Part shown: positions 22,071-34,778 of the stretch, piece by piece
How the letters are laid out: each line of letters opens with the position of its first letter
Numbering within the stretch: position 1 is the stretch's first letter
Assembly (NCBI RefSeq): GCF_018977255.1
Contig: NW_024704742.1
Location: 62,870,001 to 62,934,000 of the forward strand
DNA length: 64,000 bases
Origin: Callorhinchus milii
Taxonomy: Eukaryota
Reading direction: 5' to 3'
Notes under the pieces: generated by a model
What the model saw: the letters and a program-made list of their open reading frames with translations, nothing else
The model's database searches: none
Told to the model about the DNA's origin: nothing
Program-made: the position numbers and the translations under genes

Positions 22071-23349
22071 ATGCAGACTGAATCTGCATTTCTGTTTGTT
22101 TCAAATAGTAAAGTTAGACGAATGTTATGCGGTTCAGTCATTCAGTCCAATGGAATTGCAGTTGACCCAAAGCCATCAAATTTAATGGTAGGACTGGAGA
22201 TTTTCATTCCTTTGCAACATCCCCACTTTTATGACTACCTGAAAGATCAATAAATATTTAATTCTGCATTTCTAACCCCAGTATGATTCATCTAAACTAA
22301 CCTATAAATCCTAACGGTAAAGCTTTCTAACTCTAACTTTAACAACTTTATGAAAGTTCTGAAGGTTGATATTTACAGCTTTCCATTACAATATTTCCTC
22401 ATGGTAACTCAATAGGATCTTACTGTAAGGATTTTTATGTAAGGATGAGTACACTCCAAATTTCACTGTAATTTGACCCAGCTAGTCAGTGCCAAGGTTT
22501 TTTCTCCATATGAGCCTCCACCCTTCCTCATACTCTTTCCCAACCCCTTTATTCTTTTCAAGATTTCTCATGACTGACTTTCCTGACTTACCTTAACCTC
22601 AATTCCAGGCATGCTACAATCAACACTTCAATCCCCACCCCTCCACCCAGTAGTATTCTAGATCTACTTGTGATGAGATTTCTCTTATTGAATTTTCTAT
22701 GCATTTCCCTTTGGATTTATTTTGGTTCAGTTGGGTGTTCAACAGGTGGGTAGAGTAATTACTGCACATAAGAAGTAATTAACAACTGGGACAGGATAAC
22801 AAAATGAGAGGATGAGGCCAGGATGCTGGGTTCACTTAAGAACAACAGCTTGCTACTGTAATGGGAGGAAAGTAGGTGGGGTTCCTGGAAGGATGAGGTC
22901 AAATGGGCTAAAGGACTCTTTTCAACCAAACCTCTCTTGTAATCTTGTGATCATGCTTAAGAAAACCCAAACCAAACAATTGAGTGTTCCATGTATGTAT
23001 GGAAATTTCTTTTTGGATATGTTTATGCTGTAAATCAGATGCAAAGTTTTACTTTGACCGAGATCTTTGAACAAGAACGTTAATTAACATTGAAAAACAT
23101 GACCAACCTAGTCAGTGAATCATTAAAGCTATTGATCACCCAGATGTCACCCACAAAATATATGTTCAATTCACTTTACAGTATATTCTGTGAAGTGCTT
23201 TGAGACATTTCGAAGATGTGTTAAGGCGCTATATCAAATGCGAGGATTATTATTATTATTATGTCTCCCTAACTTCATTACAATGGATGGGTCTGTAATC
23301 CATGACATTGATTAGAGGAATATCATCTTAACTGGAAATCTGTTCAAGT

Positions 23350-23710
23350 TAAGATGATGTTGTGCTGGGGATTGTTGTCCAGGACACTAGGAAAATCTCC
23401 TTTCCCTTTTCAAGTAATTGCATGGATCTTTTACATCCATTCGAACACACACCTTGGTTTAACGTCATCTCAAAGACGCATCTCCAACAATGTAGCATTC
23501 CCCAACACCACAATGAAGTATCTGCCTAGTCGGGAGAATTGTTGTCCAGGACATAAGGAGAAAGTCCCTTCTCATTTCGAATAACTCAATGATATCTTTC
23601 ATTTGTACCTGAACAGGCAAATGGGAAATCAGTTTAACGTCTTGTCCGATGGATGAACGCTAACAATGCAGTGCTTCTTTGATATTGCACTGACATGTCA
23701 GCTAGACTCA
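23350..23710 (-). mobile_element. Two adjacent decayed Deu-SINE pieces
   Basis: Repeated catggatcttttacatcca / gtttaacgtc motifs. Confidence 0.65.
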
Positions 23711-24356
23711 ACTGCAGTGCCTGGGGGAACTAATAGCTGTGTAAAAGCAACATAGACACCCTTTCACGGACGCTCTCTTAAACCTAAAACATAAACAACT
23801 TGTAATTATGTTTTGCTAAAAACAGCACATTGCTTATTAAAATCTACATACTGCAGATTCCAAAATCATGTTACTGATGATTAATTTTCCTTATTTGCTG
23901 TTAACTGTGAGGATATATGTGAGAAAATAAAACTGTGATATTTTCAACTTATGTTTGCCTCAAAGTGCACCCGTTTGATTTCATAAATATGCTAAATTAG
24001 AATTTGATACAAATTAATTCAATCTATTAATACATTAGGAACAAATTCACTGAAAGATATTTTAATGAACAGCATTAAGCAAACAAATAATATTCTTCCT
24101 GGAATTAATGTCATTTTCAGGTTTACAATTAACCAATTTGCCCGCCTATTATTGTTTTCTTTGATGAGGTTAAAAGAGGAGAGTTACACATATGGAGTTA
24201 TATGCAGTGCTATGACAAAGAAACACACCATTCATCCCTAAACCTAGCCCCCTCTCCTCCTATTCCTCTCTCCTACACTTCTCTATTCCATTCTCCCTTA
24301 TAAATGGATCATGTTTTCTCCTAAATACATTCAAGTTATTTATAATAAGAAGAAAT

Positions 24357-24725
24357 ATAATTCTTGCATTTCATATAATCCTTATCACATCATTGAGACG
24401 TCTCAAAGAGCTTCACAGAATATACTGTAAAGTGAATTGACTGTGTATTTTGTGGGCAAAACCTGGCGGGCAATTGTGCACAGCAGTGTCCCATAAACAG
24501 TCATGTGACCAAATGACCAAATTATTATTATTTATTGATGAAGGGATTATCACCCCCGGAAAAGCGATCCGCCAATCAACTATCAACCGGGTTCCTACTT
24601 ACTGCTAGGTAAACAGAGGTGTGTGGAGTAAGGAAAATTACCCAACGTTTCGCCCTGCCTGGGAATCGAACCCGGGTTCTCTCACTTGTGTGGCAAACAC
24701 GCTAACCACTATACTCTAGGACTCC
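24357..24725 (-). mobile_element. tRNA-Ala SINE, long subfamily, full length
   Basis: Complete from the tail to the ggactcc head. Confidence 0.92.
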
Positions 24726-26309
24726 ACTTCAACCATAGATTCTGACAGTGAGTTACACATTCTCACCAACCTTTGAATGAAGCCATTATTCCTAAACTCC
24801 CTATTAGATCTGTTCCTGATTATCGTATATTTATACCCTCTAGTTTTAGCTTTGTTTGTAATGTCCCATATGTGTCTAGGGGAGTGGTGGAGGGGGGTAG
24901 TAATATTTAAAATGTGTGTATAGTGATATTGTATCCAACATTTTGTTGATAAATTATTTCCAAAAATGCGCTGGAGCTTGTGAATTCAGACCTCTGGAAC
25001 AAATCTTTCAAGATTCAAGTTTTGATATAATCCTGCTTGCCATTATTGCAGATTATGTGTCAGCCTGGCTCATTTGGTAGCACTCTCACTTCTGACTCAA
25101 AGGCAAATGTATTACCAACTGACACCTAAATGGGAATTCCAACAAGTTTTCGTATTAAGGAATCCAATTAACAAATACTGCAAAATAAACCCAAATATAT
25201 TTCTTCTGGCTTCATTTCTGATTTTTGTTAATATTGCAGATTTTCCTCAGATGCATGTATTGTATCTCATAAAAAATAAAAACAGCAACCTTTTTTTGGG
25301 TGGGTAGTAGAGTAGTATAAAACACATTTTATTCATCATATAATATTTATTTGAGGAAGTATTTGGGGATTTTGTAGATTTTCAACGCAATTTTTTTCTT
25401 TGCTTTCAGCTAAAGATTTAAGGCTGTTTGTAACAATATCTCTGCCTGAAGAATAGAAGAAGTCTTTCATATGTTTCTTATTCTGAGCACAGGAAAAATA
25501 ATTCAAAAAAAGGACTTTTCCTCAGGAAGAATTGTGGCGTAATACTGCAGTTTATGAAACATGCAGGTATAGTATGATTAAATCAAACTCATATTCTTCT
25601 TCATGATGTTTTGCCGAAAATAATGAAACATTTCCACATAGGCTGGATCTATTTTTCTTTTTCTTTTATACAATGCGAGAATTCTGTGTTTCAAGAACTG
25701 TACCATTATTTTAGTACTGTACCGTAGTTTGCTGTTTGTAACTGACCTCATTATATTGCACAGGAAGGCATTGCAAATACAAGGCAGAATTCAATGGTTA
25801 AATTAATATTAGCTCTTCATAATAGAATGGGGGCATTTATTTCTGATTCAGAGAAATATGAATTTTAATGAGCTCTGCAGGAATTTGCCGTACGTGCATT
25901 TAGATTGAACAACGGAATATCCACTTCCTAGATAAGGAAAGAGAAGGTACAATAAAATAAAATGTACATGTATATACCGCTTTTCATGTTGGAGGACGTC
26001 TGAATGGGCTGAAAATAGCACGTTGGTAAATAGGTAAATGGGACTGAAAGGATTGTTTGTAAAAGAGCCAACAAGGACAGAATGGGTTGAATGGGCTTCT
26101 TTTGTGATGTAAATTTCTATGGTTCTATGGCTGACACCCAAATTGTATGAGGAAAACAAGTCTTTTGAGCCTATAATTTGTATATGAATGTGCATTAATA
26201 TTACTAATAATAACAATTTATTATTTTCTTAACACAACAAAGTGATAAGCACCAAATTAAATGCAAGGATTATTATATAATCCCTGCTATATTATTATAT
26301 AAAAATCTT

Positions 26310-26820
26310 GCATTTTTAATACAGTACCATTCATGTTTAGTAGATGTCTTAAAGTGCTTCACATGATTCATTATACAGTATGGTGACTATGCAATTTGTA
26401 CATAAATGTAGTTTAGGAGTCAATTTCCAAAGAATGGTGTCATTATCACATCCCCAAAAATTGCAATCCAAACAGGCTTCGATTAGTACCTTAAGATATC
26501 TTGAAAGTCTTAACAGTAAACTCCCTTCTCTTTTCAAATAGTGCCATGGTATCTTTAATATCCACCTGAACAGGCCGCAGTTTAATGTCTCAACCGAAGC
26601 ATGGTGCCTCTGACAATGAAACACACTCCCAGCATTTCATTAGAGTATCAGCTTAGACATTATAATAATAATAATAATCCTTACATTTGATATAGCAGTT
26701 TTTCACGTCTTTTAGGCATCTCAAAGCGCTTATTATAAGTTGAAGTCCCGATGTGGGGCGTGAATCCACAATCTCTGGCTCAGAGGCAAGAGTGCTACCA
26801 CTGAGCCAACTGACACACAG
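26310..26820 (-). mobile_element. Deu-domain SINE with a SINE tail inserted at ~26665-26730
   Basis: Deu motifs are present; attataa flanks the inserted tail on both sides. Confidence 0.7.
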
Positions 26821-28634
26821 CTCTACTATCTACATTTTTCCAATCCTTTCCCCCGAATGCATTGCAATAGGAATGGTTGCTAGTGAAAGGAGCCATGGAA
26901 GAGGAGATTGGATACCTATAACACACCACTTAAACATGAAGTTGCTTTGACTTGAGTGCTTCTCTCTTTCTCTCGCATACACTTGCTCTTTAGGTACTAG
27001 TTGCAAAGTAAGTTCTTGCTCTTTTCCAAGTAGTTTGCATATAATTGATGTAGGTTGCTATTGTGCATAAAGCAGAAGTTGTGGTTGAATTGGTTCCCTT
27101 GCTCAGTGAATCAGAAGTGGAGACTGGTGAAACTCGAAGTATATACAGAGTTTAGGTTAATGTCAGTATGGCATGTCATATGCTTTTCTGGTTGCTGACT
27201 TGTTTTCTGTGCATTTATGAACAGTATTTGTGTTATCTAAATTTGTTCAGTCTACTGTCTAAACTCAGCAATGAAAAAGTGTAATGGTTGAGTCAAGCAT
27301 GTGTCTGTAAGATCTTCAGTTATGTGTAATGTTGATGTACAGAAAAGAATCCGCACAACTGGAAATCCTCAATCAGATGTGGAACTCTCAGTAGTTTGGT
27401 AAAGCGTGCTGGCCAGGTACATGACTGACCAAAAAAATCTAGAATTTATACATGAGCAGCCAAATTCCCTGAAAATCCCAAGTTATAAATAAATATAATA
27501 CAATGCAAATTTACATTTGCAGAACAATTTTCACATTGGAAGGATTTTCAAATTACTTAAAGTTCCTGACTTGGCACCCGATTTGGGGGTGGGAGCCAAG
27601 AGGGATGGGGAGGAAAAAATGGCCGAAAGTGTGGTCAAAGAGGTTGGTCTTGAGATGGACCTTGAGGGAACCTTGATGAGGGGAGCCAGTTGGAGTTAGA
27701 CCGGAATGGAGTTCCAGTGAATGAGGACAGAAAATCTTATAGATTTGAGTAAATGTCTCTAACAAAGCAGTTGTACTAACCAAAACCTCTGATGACACAT
27801 CTTGCAGTGTAATTCTCAACACAGCAACTATAGATGGGTTTACACCAGGCATATTTTGTTAGGTTTGCACATCCTCTTGTTCTATGGATCACTGACAGAT
27901 GTTTAAAACTTACTCATCTTCTACACCAAGCTCCTGAGCAACATTCCAGCCTCACCTTGATTGATGCTTTTAGCATACCCTGGCAGCTATTCCATGCCCT
28001 CACTATGCTAAGTGTTGTCCCAGATGATCACTCCAGGCTCCAGGTAAAACTGACTAGATCTCCAGGCAGATGCTCCAAGCCCTCTATAATACTGACCCTC
28101 TTCCTATGATGGATGATCCAGGTCACAGCTGATGCTTTTTACCTGGACTGACTCTAATCCCAAAGCAAACTTTTTTCTGACAGACTATTATTTTCTGGCA
28201 GGATGATGCCAACACTGATATTGCAGGAGATGAATAAAATAGTTCAAAGTTTTGCTAGTGTGAATAGAAGATACCAATGATCTTGTGTAGTTTTGCTGTG
28301 AAGCAACAGAACTAAGTTTCCAAAAGGCATAACTCATCTTTTTCTATTCTTTGCTTGACTCATTTGGGTCAGGTTTTTGTGAGGCAGAAAATGCAGGAAA
28401 TCTGAATTATAATATTTTCCTTTCCTCTGTTCCATAATACCTTTCTGCTGGACTTGCATGTCAGTTTCTCTCCTACAAAATGTGCAAGCAGTTTCATTAA
28501 AAAACTGAAGACATTTACAGCACTCACTTAGAAAAGGTATTTGGACCTAAACCGATGACCAAACTTGGGAATTAAATGTCTCAACAACTTTGCTTCCAGT
28601 GTTTAGGACTGAACAATTTGATATTACACACCCC

Positions 28635-28872
28635 TGTCAATTGGCAGATCATTTTCTTGGGATAATAATCCTTTAAAAAATAAATCAATAAATGATTATA
28701 ATAATTTGGTCTCTCAATCCACAACAGTTTATGGGACACTGCTGTGCACAATTACACATGTTTCGCCCACAAAATATACAGTTAATTCACTTTATAGTAT
28801 ATTCTGTCAAGCACTTTGAGACGTCTCAATGACATGATAAGGCACTATATCAAATGCAAGGATTACTATTAT
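28635..28872 (+). mobile_element. tRNA-Ala SINE 3' half
   Basis: Matches the body and tail consensus. Confidence 0.85.
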
Positions 28873-30409
28873 TCACCAGCTATGAGATCAGCATAGTGCA
28901 GCATTCTCTATAACAGGCATCACTCGCTTTCTACAATCAACCATTTAGGAAAAACAATGTTCAGGGGTAGGATTTGGATTTGCTTTGTCGAGTTGTTTTG
29001 CCCTTGACATTTGATGAGGTTGCTCTACCTCCATTATAATAAAAAAAAATCCTTGCATTTGATATAGTGCCTTATCATGTCTTCAATTTACTCCACAGGT
29101 ATCAAAATTTCAAATCAGCGAAGTAATGTAAATGAACAATAAAATGCAGATAGAAAGCTGTTCTCGAGGAATGTCACATTTTCTAGAGCTAGCAAAGATC
29201 CCACATTAGATTCTTATTGGGATCTGTTTTCTGCTCCTAGTGAAATGTAGAGTTAATGTGTGTACAATTGGCAATGATAAAGAAACATAGCAGATATTGT
29301 GATGAGTAAAAGTTATTCTTTGTACTTTCGGATATACCATGGTCGCAGAACAAAAGAGCATGGGTTCAGGGTGGCTAATAGCAATTTCAGGACAGACAGT
29401 ATGGAGTACAAGGGTAATTAACAGGCTCACCAGGAAAGGTGGTTCAGACCATAATGTTGGATGTATTTATTAAACAGCTTGGTGCTGTAATGAGAGGATG
29501 GTAGGCTGGGTATTCTGGAAAGATGAGATCAAATAGACCACAAGAACCTTCTTCATCCAAACTTCTACTATGAACAAAATTCTCATTGTCCATAGTAAAG
29601 CCGTCTGCATTGCTTATCAACAGGACACAGCAAGATTGATTGGCTTTCACGTGCAAGACTGGGCTCCTACAGATATTATGTGGGTTTAGCAGGAGCTGTT
29701 ACATAGCAACAGTGTTTGTTACCAAAAAAGGGCCAATAGAAAAAGACAAAAATCACAATTGTGCATCTGGATTATAAAAGTATAGATGTTACAATGATAA
29801 TTTTTTGACTGCAATACACTGATGCACCAAACAGCACACTGTGCCAAATAAATGTTTTCCTAAAAGACAGGTGGTTTGTCAGTATCAGTAATATAGATGA
29901 CAGCAATTTATATGCAGATATAATTTACATTTATATTAGCAAATAAAGTCAATTGCATTTTTTTTTAGTGTCACACATTCATGTTTATTGTGCATGTACA
30001 TTGTTTTACACCCAAGGATGCAGTAAGAAGATAAAGGCACTATAATTCTAATATTTAGCCACAAATGCCATAAATGCCATGAGATGATCAATCATTTTAC
30101 ATAGAGATCGAAGAGTGAAAAATGTATTCTCTGTGAATAATTATTACACTTAGTCTTTTACGAAATGGTGGACGTTGAATTTGAGTTGATAAATACCGAC
30201 TGACTCTGAGCAACATTCCTCCCCCCCTCCCTCCCACCTTCAGCACAATGGTTTGATCCCAAAGCATCTGTTCTAAAATGTTTGTCCACTATCTTAGATT
30301 GCTACCTAGCAGTGGTGAAGCGAAAACACTTGGCATGGACCCCAGAGGCAGGATCTGAGGTCGGCTCCACAGGACACTGGTTGAGTTCAGCTGGTATCCT
30401 ACAATAACA

Positions 30410-30690
30410 ATGACAACAACAACTTGCATTTGTATAGCACCCTTTACGTGTGGCAGTGTCTTGGAGCACTTAACAGTGTCAGAGCCTGACGCCGAGCTGG
30501 GTGGAGGGAGGAGGTGACTATAAGCATGGTATAAGATGGAAATTGTCAGTCATGATCTAAAAGAAGAGGAGGAGGGGGCAAGACAGAGGGATTGGGGCGA
30601 GAGTTCCAAAGCTTCAGAGCAGTGGTTGAAAACAAGGCTGGTGATGGTAGAGCGGAGTAGATGAGGGACAAGCAGGAGCCTGGAGCCAGC
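30410..30690 (-). mobile_element. L2 3' end
   Basis: caacaacttgcatttgtatagcacc tail; FSTTALKLWNS. Confidence 0.75.
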
Positions 30691-31142
30691 CTAAGTAACA
30701 CAAATATGATCACAAGATCGTAAGATTGTTTTGGATGAAGAAGGCCCTTTGACCCATTTGAACTCATCCTTCCAGAACACCCACCATACAGTCACAGCAT
30801 CAAGTTCTACATGATCTGGAACTCGAAAATCCTTGGCCCCATTAATTGTACCAGAGGAGTATTTGTGCCTTGTTACTAGCAAGTGAAAATAACAGTAGAG
30901 AAAATGATGCACAGGAATCACAGACAAGTTGAACTTTTAAATAGCTAAATTTGTTTATAATGAAATCTAGCTGCTGACTTCAATTTTGTTTCACTTTAAG
31001 ATATTTAGCCATGTACCTGTCATCTCACCTTGCTTAAAGAAACCAGACTGAGAATTCTACATATCCATAGTTCCTACATATGGAAATTTCCCTATGTCCG
31101 GAATGGAATGTAAAGTTTCTCCCGAGAGGGACGCACACTGCT

Positions 31143-31407
31143 TAGAATCATAGAACTATGCAGCACATAAGGAGGCCATTCGGTCCATCGTGCCCGTGCC
31201 AGCTCTTGAAAGAGTTATCCAAGTTAATCCCACTCACCCCCACCCATAGCCTTGCAAATTTGTCCTCCCCAAATATCTATCCACTTCTCCCTTGAAAGTT
31301 GTTATGGAATCTGCTTCCACCACTCTTTCAGGCAGAGCATTCCAGATCTGAACAACTCGCTGTGTGAAAACAATTCTGCTCATCTCCCCTCTGGTTCTTT
31401 TGACAAC
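31143..31407 (-). mobile_element. CR1 3' end
   Basis: tagaatcatagaa...cagcaca.aaggaggccattcgg terminus. Confidence 0.85.
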
Positions 31408-31733
31408 GATTCTGAGTACTGGAACACAATTAGTAGAATGGTTCTTAGGAAGAAGGATATGGAGTTGATCGGAGTTGATTGTTAAAGAGCTTACCTAATT
31501 CCAGAGACTATTAAGCACAACTTGGCAAGAGGCAGAGATTGGGGACTCCACAGTGTGGATTGGGGTACTGTTGGAGTCTAACCAGCTAAAACCACATAGC
31601 TCATGGTTATTATTATTGTTATTAATATTATTATTATGCCACTATTCTGGTGGGAAGAAAATAGATTTCCTTGTCCCGATCAACCCTTCTTTCTAAGAAC
31701 AATTCTAATAATGGTGTTCCAGCCCTCAGAATC
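31408..31733. mobile_element. Putative non-autonomous DNA element with ~55-bp terminal inverted repeats
   Basis: The left end gattctgagtactggaacacaattagtagaatggttcttaggaagaagg matches the reverse complement of the right end, gattctgagggctggaacaccattattagaattgttcttagaaagaagg. Confidence 0.6.
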
Positions 31734-33184
31734 ATGCCACCACATCTACTGACACTGCACTTCCTTTAGTAAGTGTTTTGAGGCACATTGTACTCATGAA
31801 TTTAACATAATTTAATAATTTGTACAGGAAGCAGGTTAACAGAGGATTTGAAGTGTCAGGCTCACTTGAATTGTGTTTCCCTGATGCCAGGGAAGGAGAC
31901 AGAAGTACTCACTTTCCATACTGCTGAAACCATTCCCAACTCAGCTCAGCCCCATGGGACATCAGTTAATTAGTAACAGGCACCAATTTCTGAATGTGGC
32001 CATGGCAGGAAAAGAGAACTTAAGATCTATTCTTTGCATTTCCTGGCTTCTCGTATATCTTTGATTCCACTGATTGTGCCACACACTCATTCACGCACCT
32101 GCCAAGACTGTGCACATCTGTTGTAACAGGAAGATTCCTATAATATTCAGCTGGTCTATGCAGCCAGGACTGTAACAGATTTGGGTACAACTTAGTCCTG
32201 GTGCTTTCTTTTTCCTTTACAAGTGTTATATTGGATCAGTTAAGAACGCTCTCATCGCAGGTTTAGAATGCTGTGCCTGAAAGAGTGGTGGAAGCAGATT
32301 CGATTACAACTTTCAAGAAAGAAGTGGATAGATATTTGGGGAGGACAAATTTGCATGGGCTTCAAGCCCCATATCACGATTTGAGTTAATAATCCAGCCT
32401 GACATATCTGTGCAACATAGGAGGAGTGTTAGCTTAACAGAGAGACTGTCTTTCAGAAGAGATGTTGAACCAAGATCCCTGCTGTCTGTTTAGTAGACCA
32501 TATAGATTTTATAATGCCATTTGTAAAAGAGAAGGGTGTTTCTCCCAGTCACCTGACTAACAAGTCACCAGGTTCAATGGCCATTGGTCATAGTATTCAA
32601 CCAACAAGGCTGAGAGGCCTGGGAGTTTTTAATACAGTAGATCACCTTGTCTTCACACATTATGACTATCCTCATTCCCATCTACATCTACAGTAGGCAA
32701 GCTGCAGAGATATTGATAATATTTTGCATTTGCACATATGTCCACAGTATCCAGGATTGTGATTTTAATGGAGTGGATCTAAAGCAACAGTACAAGAGTA
32801 GGTACAAGATTAGACAGAAAGAGAAATACATATAGTTAGAGGACCAGGGATAGAAGGATACATTCATGGAGAGGAAGAGAAAAATGCACATACGAAAACA
32901 GAGACACACACACACACACAAACACACACAGTTAAAGAGTCAAACACACATATACAGTGAGATAAGAGCACACATATACACACACAATTGAAAACAGTGA
33001 GAAAGATGGAGACATATATGGACATAAACCCATTATCCATACTGTTTTCATATCCGCAATCAGATCAGTCCCAATTAGTGCTGATCTGAATTCTTTACTG
33101 AGCGACTTTTCCTCCTCTGGAAGTTTCACTTACCATTCCGATTGAAACAGCACTCCTCACTTATAAATTGTTATTGTGTTCTGT

Positions 33185-33498
33185 TAATAATAACATTTAG
33201 TATTTTATATAGCAACTTATTACATCTTTGAGACACCTCAAAGCGCTTCACAGAACTAACAATACATTTTGTGAACAAAACGTGGCAGCCAATTTAGCAC
33301 AGCAGTGTCCCACAAACAGTGTGGATTGATTGATTGATTAATTATCCCCAGAAAAGCGATCTGCCAATTGACTAACAACCAGGTTCTTATTTACTACTAG
33401 GTAAACACAGGCGTGTGGAGTAAGGAAACTTGCCTAACGGTTTACCCTGTCCGTGAATTGAACCCAGGTGCTCTCGCTTGTGAAGCGAGTGCTCTAAC
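33185..33498 (-). mobile_element. tRNA-Ala SINE (long)
   Basis: Matches the consensus. Confidence 0.85.
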
Positions 33499-33499
33499 T

Positions 33500-34492
33500 A
33501 ATATCTCACATCCATTCCCTGATCAGGACCCCCTTCCTCCACCTCTGCCAAATTTCCCGCCTCCAACCGTACCTTAATCCAAATACAACTAAAACCCTCG
33601 TGCATGCGTTTGTCACCTCCTCTCTGGATTACTCAAATGCACTCCTCGCTACCTCCCCAGCTCCACTATTCAAAATATCCAGCTCAATCAGAACTCTGCT
33701 GCCCACATACTGACCCGGACCAAACTCCGTACCCACATCTCATGGAGTCCTGTAGCTCAGTCGTTAAAGCACTCACCTTGCAAGTGAGATACCTGGGTTC
33801 AATTCCAGGCAGGGCAAAACCTTGGACAAGTTTCCTTACCCCACACGCCTAATAATAATCCCTCCAAAAAACAAAAACAATGATAAATTGGTCATTTTCA
33901 ATCCACGACTGTTTGTGGGACACTGCTGTGCGCAATTGGCTGCCACGTTTCGGCCACAAATATACGCTCAATTCACTTTACAGCATATCCTGTGAAGTGC
34001 TTTGAGATGTCTACAAGACGTGAAAAGCGCGATATCACATGCAAGGACTCTTATTATTATTATCTCACCAGTTCTGGCCAGGCTCCACTGGCTCCCCAAC
34101 ACCGAATATATCGACTTCAAGATCCTCACTTTCGTGTTCAAATCCCTTCCCTCTCTGGCACCTCCCTACCTCTCTAACTCCCCAAACCACCTGTCGGCGC
34201 CTCCGTTCAACTGGCACCAACCTCCTGCTTTGTCCCTCGCAACCTCCGCCCCATCATTGGAGGTTACACTCTCAGGCACTACATCCCGAAGCTCTGGAAC
34301 ACTCTCCCTGAATCTCCCCGCCTTGCTCCCTCTCTCCTCTTTTTCAAGAACCCCCCTGAAAAACTTGCTTTTCGACTGTGCGTACGGTTACCTCCCCCAC
34401 TCCCCCGACTCGGAGTCAGACTCTGCAACTGTTAAGTACCCTGAGATGCTAGCCTGAGTGGAGGGAGCTGTATAATTGCAGGTTGTTGTTAT
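33500..34492 (+). mobile_element. L2 3' portion interrupted by a full-length short-subfamily SINE (33744-34061)
   Basis: ISPVLARLHWLP..IDFKILTFVFKSL. The TSD ATCTCA lies at 33737-33742 and 34062-34067. Confidence 0.9.
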
Positions 34493-34552
34493 TGCTAAGG
34501 GTGTCCACATATGCTACAGGACTCCACAACTCCACTAAGTTAACCCAAATTT

Positions 34553-34778
34553 ATGGTGATGAATTCAACCTGGATGTAGATTTATTTTATTTATTTAGCA
34601 TTTTAGAGCATCCAGAATTTAACAAATTGTTGAATTCAATCTTAACTGTGAAATCAGTTTTCTGTTCTTAAAAGGAACTCTAAATTTAAGACTGAATTCA
34701 ACAATTTGTCAAATTCCGGGCTATCTAAAATGCCACATAAATAGAAGAAATCTAGAGGTAGGTAGAATTTCTCACCAT
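34553..34778. repeat. Long imperfect inverted repeat (93-bp arms, 40-bp spacer); MITE-like
   Basis: Arm 34553-34645 aligns without gaps to the reverse complement of 34686-34778 (e.g. gcattttaga, gaattt.acaaattgttgaattca.tcttaa). Confidence 0.8.

Noticed and set aside
21687..22253. 188-aa ORF
   Set aside because: It overlaps a probable old LINE 3' remnant, and no protein family was recognised.
33060..33089. 9-bp perfect stem tcagatcag/ctgatctga
   Set aside because: It is too short to distinguish from chance in 64 kb.
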